Source of the DNA: Candidatus Woesearchaeota archaeon
GTDB taxonomy: Archaea; Nanobdellota; Nanobdellia; Woesearchaeales; UBA9642
Reading direction: 5' to 3'
NCBI GenBank assembly: GCA_003599145.1
Contig: QZIT01000005.1
Location: 59,502 to 123,501, forward strand
DNA: 64,000 bases
Of the stretch, positions 27,436 through 36,147 are shown one piece after another (position 1 is the first letter of the stretch; every line of letters begins with the position of its first letter). The translations under genes and the position numbers were made by a program. The notes below the pieces were generated by a model. That model did no database searches, had not been told where the DNA came from, and saw nothing but the letters and a program-made list of their open reading frames with translations.

Positions 27436-29292
27436 ATGGAAAAAAGTGAAATTATCAACAAGTATATTGGCAGTAAAGACGTTGGTAGTTTCTTCAATGA
27501 CAATAAATCAGAATTTGAGCAATTTCACATAATAGATAAAAGCAGAAATATAAAAAAAGGTAAATTAATTAAGCAAATAAAGGTGGATTTGAGGCACTTA
27601 TATGAAGATAGTAGAAATAATTTATTTCTATTTTGTAAACGAAAAGAAGAGACATCAGATAAAACTTTAAATCCTATTAAGTGTCTGGACAAACCCTATT
27701 TTATCTTTAAAATAGATAATGAGGAATTATTTTTATTCGGAAATTCTAGATTATTCTTTAAGAGTTTCAACAGATATCAAAAAAATGTATTAAAACAAAA
27801 AAACCTATACGTTTTTGAGCAACAAGAAAAACATATTAAAGAAAGCTTCAATGCTACCAAGTTCATAGAAACACTACTTAAACTGAATAAGGAACAAGGA
27901 ATTCAAGTTTATGAAATATTATTAAATTCTTTGGAGCTGTTCAGTAAAAAAATCAGATGCCAATTTTCATCAGAATTAAAGAAAGATGATATTTTAGAGT
28001 TATTAGCTAAAGAAGAATTAAAAAATTTGTTTCTAAAAGAATTAAAAATAGAATTGATTAATTCTATAAGTTTCAAAGACAATAAAGGAAATCAAGAAAC
28101 CTTAAAAATAAGGGAGATAGAATTTGGCAAAATTGAGTTTATCTGGAAAAAGAAAAAGTTTTCAGAATTACGAAAGACATTGAGCACTTTATTTAATATT
28201 TATGAAAATAAAACAGTTCTATATATTTCCAATGGAGACTTAGATTCGCTCTTTAGAGAAATAGAAGTTACAGCTTACAAGAGAGATAAGATATATATTA
28301 AAACGATTGAAAAATATGCAGATTATGTTGAAATATATAGAGGTAAAGCCAGAATAAGGTTAAAGAATACAATTAAATCATTTAAAGATGGCTTAAGGGA
28401 TAAATACATTATTGAGGAAGTCACATATTCTAAATCAAACAACTTATTATTTCCTTCAGTAAGGTCAAGGAGAAGAAATAAGGAATTACTAAGAATTAAA
28501 GATAAAACAAATAAAAAGATATTAGCATACCTGTATCTAAATGAAAATGCATTGTATGATGATAAGGAAAAGTTTTTGAGAGATTTTTTTATATTTATGC
28601 CTTGCTTAATTATTGATTTTAGAAGAAAAGATAATGATAAGTACTATGTTTCTTGTAGTGAATTTTTGAAAAAATTAAAAGAAAATGATACAAACTACTT
28701 TGAAAAAATTATCACAGAGAATAAAAAAAATCTAATTGAAGATATAGAATCTACTTCTTTTAAGGATTTATTTGCTGTAGTTACAGGTAAAATATTATCT
28801 AATTTCAACAATTACAATAAGAAATTAAAACCACAGAGAAAGGGAGAGTTTTATGAGAAACTGGTTTTTATTTTATTTTCAATTCTCTTTAAAGTGGAAA
28901 GGTTGGGTGGACCCAATAAACATGATGGAAACGTCTTCATAGATAATAGCACTTTCATAGGATATGATACAAAAAATCTGACAAAAAACAATCTTGAAAG
29001 TTTTTTGAATAAAAAAACAAAAAAGTTCAAGGATAAGATATACATCAAAAAGAACAATATAAAACATTACTTCTTCATATTTGAGAATATCAATGAAGTC
29101 TTCTTTAAAGCATTAGTTACAAAGATAAAAGAAGATGTATCTGGGGAAGTATATATTAAAGCGTTTGATATTCATTTTATAAAGAATTTATTTGATAAGA
29201 TAAATCAAAAAGGTATTGCCAATTATAGCAGAACTGATAAACAAAACCTCATAAATCAATTATTGGAAAAAAAGGACGAGATAATAAAATGA
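27436..29292 (+). CDS. 618-aa protein: unknown N-terminal ~465 aa plus C-terminal FokI-cleavage-domain-like PD-(D/E)xK nuclease
   Basis: aa 470-585 align motif by motif with the FokI catalytic domain. EFYEKLVFILFSILFKVERLGGPNKHDGNVF matches ILEMKVMEFFMKVYGYRGKHLGGSRKPDGAIY. FIGYDTKNL matches GVIVDTKAY (D497, D511, K513; K513 codon at nt 28972-28974). HYFFIFENI matches KFLFVSGHF. ATGA overlap with hsdS. Confidence 0.6.
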   Translation: MEKSEIINKYIGSKDVGSFFNDNKSEFEQFHIIDKSRNIKKGKLIKQIKVDLRHLYEDSRNNLFLFCKRKEETSDKTLNPIKCLDKPYFIFKIDNEELFLFGNSRLFFKSFNRYQKNVLKQKNLYVFEQQEKHIKESFNATKFIETLLKLNKEQGIQVYEILLNSLELFSKKIRCQFSSELKKDDILELLAKEELKNLFLKELKIELINSISFKDNKGNQETLKIREIEFGKIEFIWKKKKFSELRKTLSTLFNIYENKTVLYISNGDLDSLFREIEVTAYKRDKIYIKTIEKYADYVEIYRGKARIRLKNTIKSFKDGLRDKYIIEEVTYSKSNNLLFPSVRSRRRNKELLRIKDKTNKKILAYLYLNENALYDDKEKFLRDFFIFMPCLIIDFRRKDNDKYYVSCSEFLKKLKENDTNYFEKIITENKKNLIEDIESTSFKDLFAVVTGKILSNFNNYNKKLKPQRKGEFYEKLVFILFSILFKVERLGGPNKHDGNVFIDNSTFIGYDTKNLTKNNLESFLNKKTKKFKDKIYIKKNNIKHYFFIFENINEVFFKALVTKIKEDVSGEVYIKAFDIHFIKNLFDKINQKGIANYSRTDKQNLINQLLEKKDEIIK

Positions 29293-30422
29293 AGAATACA
29301 TTGCCCGAAGGATGGAAGGAAGTTGAGCTTGGAGATATTTTTAACTTTCAAAAGAAATCAAATATAAAAGCGGGTGATAACCAAAAAGAAGGGAAATATA
29401 AATTCTTTACATCAAGTGATATTCAAAGCAAATTCATAGACAATGCGGTTTTTGATGGAGAATATTTAATATTTAGTACTGGTGGAAGTGCTGGAGTTCA
29501 TTATTGTAATGAAAAATTTTCAACTTCAACAGATTGCTTTGTTGTGAAAGTTGACAATAGATTGATTGCAAAATACGTTTACTACTATCTTTTCACAAAC
29601 ATTCACATTTTAGAAGCAGGGTTTAAAGGAGCAGGATTAAGACATATCTCAAAAGAATATATTAAAAGAATAAAAATTGTTTTCCCTGAAAAAAAAGAGA
29701 CCCAGCAAAAAATAGTCTCAATATTGGAAAAAGCGGAAAAAGCAAAAGAAATGCGAAAAGAAGCAGATGAATTGACAAAATATTTCCTGAAAAGCATTTT
29801 TATGGAGATGTTTGGAGATACTGAAAATAATGCAAAAAAAATAGAAATTAAGAAAATAGCAGATATATGTGAAGTCAAGACTGGAGGAACACCAGATAGA
29901 GCAAAATCATCTTACTGGGATGATGGAACTATTCCTTGGGTAAAAACTACCGAAATCAAAGAAAATACTATCTATAATGTAGATGAATTCATAACTTCCG
30001 AAGGATTGAAGAATAGTAATGCTACCATTTTCCCAAAAGGCACTATTTTAATAGCCATGTATGGTCAAGGAATAACTCGTGGAAAAGTTGCGAAACTGGG
30101 AATTGATGCTGCAACAAACCAAGCATGTGCAGCTCTTTTACCCTCAAAAAAATACAATACAGATTATCTATTATTTTGTTTAAAAATTTCTTATAATCGT
30201 CTAAGGGAATTAGGTAGGGGCGGAAACCAACCGAATCTAAATTTAAGTATTATAAAGTCTTTCAATATTATCTTACCATCATTAGAACTTCAAAATAAAT
30301 TTGCTTCAATCGTCAATGAAGTTCAGCAAATGAAAGACCAACAGAAGCATTCAAAAGAGCATCTTGATAATTTATTTAATGCTTTAAAGCAAAAAGCATT
30401 CAAGGGGGGACTAACATGTTAG
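29289..30422 (+). CDS. hsdS: Type I R-M specificity subunit (HsdS), two target-recognition domains
   Basis: LPEGWKEVELGDIF start of TRD1. Central conserved helix (QQKIVSILEKAEKAKEMRKEADELTKYFLKSIFMEMFG). TRD2 plus C-terminal helix (LQNKFASIVNEVQQMKDQQ...LFNALKQKAF). Confidence 0.85.
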   Translation: MKNTLPEGWKEVELGDIFNFQKKSNIKAGDNQKEGKYKFFTSSDIQSKFIDNAVFDGEYLIFSTGGSAGVHYCNEKFSTSTDCFVVKVDNRLIAKYVYYYLFTNIHILEAGFKGAGLRHISKEYIKRIKIVFPEKKETQQKIVSILEKAEKAKEMRKEADELTKYFLKSIFMEMFGDTENNAKKIEIKKIADICEVKTGGTPDRAKSSYWDDGTIPWVKTTEIKENTIYNVDEFITSEGLKNSNATIFPKGTILIAMYGQGITRGKVAKLGIDAATNQACAALLPSKKYNTDYLLFCLKISYNRLRELGRGGNQPNLNLSIIKSFNIILPSLELQNKFASIVNEVQQMKDQQKHSKEHLDNLFNALKQKAFKGGLTC

Positions 30423-31885
30423 ATTCAGAACTAAAATCAAAAATAAACTTACTGTGGAATAAATTTTGGAGTGGAGGTATCAGTAATCCTCTCCAAGCAA
30501 TTGAACAAATGTCTTATCTTATTTTCATGAAAAGATTAGAAGATGAGGATGTTTCTAGAGCACAAAATGCTAAGCTATTGGGAAGTAATCATAATTCAAT
30601 CTTTAAAGGAAATGAAGACTGTAAATGGTCTAAATGGACAGAAATGCCTGCTGAACAGATGCTAGAGCACGTTAGAGATACTGTATTCCCATTCCTGAGA
30701 AAGTTAAATGGAGGAGAGAATTCAGTTTATAGTAAATATATGAAAAATGCTTCTTTCTCCATACCTACCGCTTCCCTATTAGCAGAAGCTGTAAAAATAA
30801 TCAATGATATGCACATTAAAGAGCAAAATAGAGACACGAAAGGAGATTTATACGAATATCTTCTAGGACAACTGCAAACAGCAGGAAAAAATGGACAATT
30901 CAGGACTCCAAGACATATAATCAAAATGATGGTAGAAATCCTCAATCCTAAATATGGGGACAAAATCTGCGACCCTGCTTGTGGAACAGCTGGTTTCTTG
31001 GTTAGTTCATTTGAACATATTTTAAAAAATAATACATCTGCAGATTTAGTCAAGGAAGGAAACTTTGCTGGAGATAAGTTAAATGAAAATCAATGGAGAA
31101 TATTAAGAGAAGAAACCCTTTATGGATATGACTTTGATGATGTGATGCTGAAAATATCATTAATGAACTTGATGATGCATGGTATAAATAATCCGAATGT
31201 GGAACAAAAAAATACCTTATCAAAAAGATTTGATGAATCAAACTGCTATGATATAATATTAGCTAATCCGCCATTTAAAGGAAGCATTGATGAGTCAGAA
31301 ATAGGAGAAAATTTTAGAACACAAACTAAAAAGACAGAACTATTATTCTTGGAATTGATGTTTAATCTTCTTACAAATAGCGGAAGATGCGCAGTTATTG
31401 TTCCAGATGGAGTTTTATTCGGGAATTCAAAAGCCCACAAGAAGATAAAAGAACTATTGATTGAGAAATGCAGATTAGATGCAGTTATATCTATGCCTTC
31501 AGGAGTATTCAAGCCATACGCAGGCGTTTCTACTGCGGTTCTTTACTTTACCAAAGGAGAGCCAACAAAGGAAGTCTTTTTTTATGATATGGAAGCAGAT
31601 GGATTCAGCTTAGATGATAAAAGAGTAATAATCGAGCAGAATGACATACCAGATATTATTGAGCGATTCAAAAATAGACAGAAAGAAAAGCCGACAGACA
31701 GAAAGAAAAAATGCTTTTTTGTTCCTATTGCAGAAATTAAAGCCAACAACTATGATTTAAGTATCTCAAAGTATAAATTGATTGAATACGAAGAAGTTGA
31801 ATATGAAAAGCCAGAAGTAATCAAGAAAAAGATTTTAGAATTAGAAAGTAAGATTATTGAGAAATTAAAGGAAATAAATATTTAG
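30416..31885 (+). CDS. hsdM: Type I R-M N6-adenine DNA methyltransferase subunit (HsdM)
   Basis: HsdM_N-like N-terminus (LWNKFWSGGISNPLQAIEQMSYLIFMKRLED). AdoMet motif I DPACGTAGFL. Catalytic motif IV NPPF (ILANPPFKGS). 7-nt overlap with hsdS. Confidence 0.9.
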   Translation: MLDSELKSKINLLWNKFWSGGISNPLQAIEQMSYLIFMKRLEDEDVSRAQNAKLLGSNHNSIFKGNEDCKWSKWTEMPAEQMLEHVRDTVFPFLRKLNGGENSVYSKYMKNASFSIPTASLLAEAVKIINDMHIKEQNRDTKGDLYEYLLGQLQTAGKNGQFRTPRHIIKMMVEILNPKYGDKICDPACGTAGFLVSSFEHILKNNTSADLVKEGNFAGDKLNENQWRILREETLYGYDFDDVMLKISLMNLMMHGINNPNVEQKNTLSKRFDESNCYDIILANPPFKGSIDESEIGENFRTQTKKTELLFLELMFNLLTNSGRCAVIVPDGVLFGNSKAHKKIKELLIEKCRLDAVISMPSGVFKPYAGVSTAVLYFTKGEPTKEVFFYDMEADGFSLDDKRVIIEQNDIPDIIERFKNRQKEKPTDRKKKCFFVPIAEIKANNYDLSISKYKLIEYEEVEYEKPEVIKKKILELESKIIEKLKEINI

Positions 31886-31982
31886 CCGTAGTTGCGGGAT
31901 TCCTCTGTGTCCACTGAGCACTGGACATTCTCGCACAAGCTATTTAAGTTAAAATGTATTCTGTCTGATTTGGGGGATTAAA

Positions 31983-33341
31983 TTGTATCAGGTCTCAAAA
32001 ATAACCATAATTGTAATGATTGTTCTAGTTATAATTCCCTATGTTCTAGCAGCTTCAGCTGGGGATTACCTGAACGAATTCAATAACGAAGGGGAAATTT
32101 GTCAAGTAGTGGATGCTTTTAATTACCAAATACCTGCCCCAATATTTTTTGACAGCAATAACTATGCTTCAACTGTACCTGTATTCTATTACTGCAAAGC
32201 CAATAATTCAGAGATTATAATTGTGTTTGATATTTACAATCAAAAATTCTATGATGATAACACATTATCAGAAGCGATAGACTTAGGATTTATTCGGTAT
32301 AACTTGAACACAGGAACGCTAAAGAACACAGATTTTATACATAGTGGAGCAGATGTATGTAGCGATATTTTTGGAAGTGAAGAATTAAATCAACAATCGG
32401 TAAACCTGGCAGCAGAAACCGCAATAGCCACCAAGCCATTATTGAATCCACAAACGGCAAAAGATGTAGTTACAGTAATAAAATTAGGTAAAGTAGCAGG
32501 TAAAATTGGCGAATTTAATCCGACATCCTTTATAGTAAGCATAGGGTGTAGTTATAATAATAAAAATCTCAAACAAGCCACTGAAGCCCTTGCACTATGC
32601 AATGGGTATCTTACAAACATAGGTAATGGACTGACAAGATACGGCTATGTGAGTGAGTTATCATCTTGCATACTGTCTGCAAAAACCACACTTAAAGGAT
32701 ATATTGATTCACCGCTATCTCAAGCAAGAGAAGTAGCAGATACACTTTATGCGCCTATAAAAGCACTCGTAATCAAACCATTATCGGATGCCATACAAGG
32801 AAAAACACCAGATATTGCAAATATAAAGATTGAAGAATCCGAAATGAGTATAGCGAGAAGAATCTACAACGACTTGGGAAGCAATGAAGCTAATCTTAAT
32901 CATCCACAAAAAAATACCATGATTATTCAAGAAAAAAGAAGGATATCAGAAAAACAAACGACCTTTTCTCAAGCTTTGCTAATTACGCAAAATAGCTATG
33001 AAAGCACAAAGAAAATACAACCAAGCACAATTAATATTTGGATAACAAGTATGTTTATGACGCCAAATTATAACATATCAACTGGAATAGAATTCATAAA
33101 CAATGCAAGTAACAAAATAAATAATGCTCAAAAACTTGATAATCAATACAGATTCAACACCGCAGTAGAATATCTAAAATTGGCAGACACTGATATCAAT
33201 TCATCTAGTGAGATATTCGCCAGAGAAAATGCAATAGATAGAAGAACAAATTGGACAAGCATTATAGTCTCCATTCTTTTGGTGATAGTTGTATTTTTTA
33301 TTATCAAGAAAATTGTACTGGATAATCAAGATAGATATTAG
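31983..33341 (+). CDS. Element-encoded surface/membrane protein (N-terminal signal/TM, C-terminal TM anchor)
   Basis: Hydrophobic N-terminus ITIIVMIVLVIIPYVLAASA and C-terminal IIVSILLVIVVFFIIKKI. The track start is TTG; the first in-frame ATG is at 32016. Confidence 0.5.
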   Translation: MYQVSKITIIVMIVLVIIPYVLAASAGDYLNEFNNEGEICQVVDAFNYQIPAPIFFDSNNYASTVPVFYYCKANNSEIIIVFDIYNQKFYDDNTLSEAIDLGFIRYNLNTGTLKNTDFIHSGADVCSDIFGSEELNQQSVNLAAETAIATKPLLNPQTAKDVVTVIKLGKVAGKIGEFNPTSFIVSIGCSYNNKNLKQATEALALCNGYLTNIGNGLTRYGYVSELSSCILSAKTTLKGYIDSPLSQAREVADTLYAPIKALVIKPLSDAIQGKTPDIANIKIEESEMSIARRIYNDLGSNEANLNHPQKNTMIIQEKRRISEKQTTFSQALLITQNSYESTKKIQPSTINIWITSMFMTPNYNISTGIEFINNASNKINNAQKLDNQYRFNTAVEYLKLADTDINSSSEIFARENAIDRRTNWTSIIVSILLVIVVFFIIKKIVLDNQDRY

Positions 33342-33453
33342 AAGCTGTTCTATTTATGAATAATCCAGGTAAATAATCTTTTAATTAATTTACTATTTAT
33401 TTAACATGGTTTTATTTATAAATAAACCCATGATTTCTGGGAGGGGGTATTTT

Positions 33454-34944
33454 TTAAAGAGTATTAAGATGACTAAATCCTATAAACTTTACTTCTTTAT
33501 ATTCTTGAATTGTTGGATGGCTTTTTGTTATTACGACTCCCTTGATTGTGGTTATCATCTTAGCATCCTTACAGATTTGAGAAAGGTTATCTTGCACATG
33601 TTTTATTTTATCCAATAGACTCACTATATCAGTAACTGTCTCAGACCCTTTAAGATATGTGTACTTTTTCCCATCAACTACACCTTTTAAATCACGTTCT
33701 CGGTGATAATGTATTCTGCGATGTTCAAAATAAGGCTTTATATCCCAAACCTTGGTTTCAATAACATACAAAGTATTGCCTTTCCATGCTATATTGTCAA
33801 TTTCTAAAGATGCTTGTTTTTTATCCGTATAATTTTGAATTAGGGTAAATCCTTGTTCACGAAGTTTTTCTGGAACCATTGTCTTTTCAAAAATCATAGA
33901 ATGCTTATCAATTTCTTTTTTGAATTCTGAATCATAATACATGGGATAATAGAATAAACCCATTAACCTTATGAAATTGTGTGTAATAAGTAGATGATTG
34001 TCAACATTAAGAAAAAAAGGAAATACCTGTTTATTATCTTTGGAAAAGACTAAGTTATCGTATACAATATTTTTATCTAACTCTTTAAAATAGACTCTAA
34101 CAGCTCTCTTAAATTCATGGGAATTTGTTTGTGTCATTAACCCTGTTTGCTGTCCAAATTTCTTAATAAAGGATAAAATAAACTGAGGAGATATTTTTAC
34201 ATCTTTCAGGTATTGAAGGTTAAATGTTTCTGCATACAATTTATTTTTAGTTAATGCCCCATAAAAAGCCAAAAGAGTAGGAAACAAAATTTGTATTGTC
34301 TCTTCTGGAGTTCTTTCAGTAGGAACTGGTTTAGATTTATTTATACGTTCATATTCGGCTTTGTGAACCTCAAAAAAAGCTTTTGCAGAGTCCTCATTCA
34401 TAATTAAATTATCTTCAAATGATTCTAATATGGGGACATAATCCTCGTTGATTCTAAAACTAAAATTAGACATTAATCTATCTTTATCTATTGATTTCAG
34501 GTCGAATGAACTTTTTGATATGTAATGCCCTAAATCTTCTTCAATGAGAAATTTACGTTCGGCAATTCTTACAAATCCAGCAAATAAGTCTATCAGTTCA
34601 GGGGTATTTTTCTCATTAGCCTCATCATCGCCATCAACATCATAATCTTCCATCACTCTTTTTATTAAAAGGTTTACCGCAATAAATTTACTTAATTCAA
34701 TAGATGGTTTTTCTGTGAAGAAGGTTGAAGCAATTTTTTCCCTATAGCCGAAAAGCCAAACAAGTAAACGTCGTTTAATGAACTTACCCAATACCTGTTT
34801 AAATCCGTTATCAAACCAATTTATTTGAGCCTGTGCAACACTAAGCGCAACATCTTTTGGTAAGAATTCTATACCATTACATTTTGGGCAGATTAATTCA
34901 TTCTCTTGAAGTATTTGCCGTGTAGCACATTTTTGACAAGTCAT
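33454..34944 (-). CDS. Zn-ribbon protein with a C-terminal PD-(D/E)xK (restriction-endonuclease-fold) motif
   Basis: N-terminal CxxC-x13-CxxC (MTCQKCATRQILQENELICPKCNG). C-terminal E353 (IFEKTMV), D383 (LEIDNIAW) and E396-T-K398 (LYVIETKVWD) in canonical order, at about nt 33745-33900. Confidence 0.45.
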   Translation of the reverse strand: MTCQKCATRQILQENELICPKCNGIEFLPKDVALSVAQAQINWFDNGFKQVLGKFIKRRLLVWLFGYREKIASTFFTEKPSIELSKFIAVNLLIKRVMEDYDVDGDDEANEKNTPELIDLFAGFVRIAERKFLIEEDLGHYISKSSFDLKSIDKDRLMSNFSFRINEDYVPILESFEDNLIMNEDSAKAFFEVHKAEYERINKSKPVPTERTPEETIQILFPTLLAFYGALTKNKLYAETFNLQYLKDVKISPQFILSFIKKFGQQTGLMTQTNSHEFKRAVRVYFKELDKNIVYDNLVFSKDNKQVFPFFLNVDNHLLITHNFIRLMGLFYYPMYYDSEFKKEIDKHSMIFEKTMVPEKLREQGFTLIQNYTDKKQASLEIDNIAWKGNTLYVIETKVWDIKPYFEHRRIHYHRERDLKGVVDGKKYTYLKGSETVTDIVSLLDKIKHVQDNLSQICKDAKMITTIKGVVITKSHPTIQEYKEVKFIGFSHLNTL

Positions 34945-34976
34945 AATTAATGTAGAACCTATCGAAGTTAAATATT

Positions 34977-35540
34977 TTACTTCATTCTCAAGAGATTATA
35001 CACAGTTCCATAACTACACCCTACCTCGTCGCCTATCTGCTCTAAGGTCTTGCCTTCCTCACGTAGTCTATGTACTTCGTGACGGTTAATCTGTAAGGGT
35101 TTCCGACCCTGCTTAATAACACTCTTTCTTTTCCCTGCTAATACCCTTTCCCTTATGATATCCCTTTCGAATTCGGCAAATGACCCTATTATATTAAATA
35201 AAAGTTTGCCTGTAGAATCCATTGTATTTAGGTTCTGGCTATATGATATGAAGTCGATATTCTTCGTCTTTAGTTCTTCCATAATTTGTAACAGATGAAG
35301 TAAACTCCTTCCCATGCGGTCAAGTTTCCATACGAGGACGGCATCAAATAACCGCTTACGCATATCCTCCATAAACAAATTGAATTGTGGTCTTGAAGTC
35401 TTAGCTCCACTCTCTCCAATATCAGTATACTCTCTGTAGATGTCATACTTCATACGCTGGCAGTAATCCCTCAGCTCTTTCAGTTGCATATCGGGGCTTT
35501 GCTCATACGTTGAAACCCTTACATAAAGTGCTACTTTCAA
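34977..35540 (-). CDS. Serine recombinase (resolvase/invertase family) with C-terminal HTH
   Basis: MKVALYVRVSTYEQ catalytic-Ser motif, then DRMGRSLLHLLQIM, FAEFERDIIRERV, and HTH TLEQIGDEVGCSYGTVYNLL. TTG start preceded by GGAGGT. Confidence 0.85.
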   Translation of the reverse strand: MKVALYVRVSTYEQSPDMQLKELRDYCQRMKYDIYREYTDIGESGAKTSRPQFNLFMEDMRKRLFDAVLVWKLDRMGRSLLHLLQIMEELKTKNIDFISYSQNLNTMDSTGKLLFNIIGSFAEFERDIIRERVLAGKRKSVIKQGRKPLQINRHEVHRLREEGKTLEQIGDEVGCSYGTVYNLLRMK

Positions 35541-35598
35541 TTTAACTACCTCCCCCCTCCGTGTCTAATTAGGGACGTGGGGTGTTCTAATAATCCTC

Positions 35599-35781
35599 CT
35601 ATATACCCGATTCAAAAAAAGGAAAGAGTTTTTCCTCTTTTATCATGGTTCGTCCCTTCTTGCTATTGAATGGGATAAATTCAATTGGTTCAATTGGTCG
35701 TGCATTGCTTCTGAATTCTTGTAATCGTTCATCGATGAAATAATCTACTCCATGATACGTGATTATTGGCAGTCTTCTCAT
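35599..35781 (-). CDS. Hypothetical small protein (60 aa)
   Basis: ATG ORF directly downstream of the 120-aa gene. No secure motif. Confidence 0.35.
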   Translation of the reverse strand: MRRLPIITYHGVDYFIDERLQEFRSNARPIEPIEFIPFNSKKGRTMIKEEKLFPFFESGI

Positions 35782-35784
35782 GTT

Positions 35785-36147
35785 CTATCTGTCCTCCGGA
35801 AGCATTATTGTAAACTTGTCAGTTTCGTTTTGTTCCAGGTATACTGTTTTTCTGTCGCCATTAGGAAATTCTACTTTTCCTGAAAAGAAAGAATCTGGTT
35901 CTGTGAAGTTTTTGCTCTTTTTCTTGACGATAAACAGGCATTGATTGAGCAGGTCTAGTAAGTTTGGAAAGCTTATCTTTCCGTCTTTAACATAACCCTC
36001 TGACAATAAACTCAAAGTTACGTAATTGAATATTCCTTTCTCCCAATCCTTGTTTATTTTGGTTATATCGACCAGTATTCCGTCTTCCTCAGCTTGTTTG
36101 GATGAGTAGCCATATATTTCATCGCCAAAATCATCGTCTTTGTTCAT
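35785..36147 (-). CDS. Small acidic MGE-associated protein (resembles DUF6573-type proteins)
   Basis: IYGYSSKQAEEDGILVDITK resembles the Y-(S/T)-R-x-Q-A-x-x-D-G-V-L-V-D-V motif recalled from small plasmid/ICE proteins. ATGA overlap with the integrase stop. Family assignment is from memory only. Confidence 0.35.
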   Translation of the reverse strand: MNKDDDFGDEIYGYSSKQAEEDGILVDITKINKDWEKGIFNYVTLSLLSEGYVKDGKISFPNLLDLLNQCLFIVKKKSKNFTEPDSFFSGKVEFPNGDRKTVYLEQNETDKFTIMLPEDR

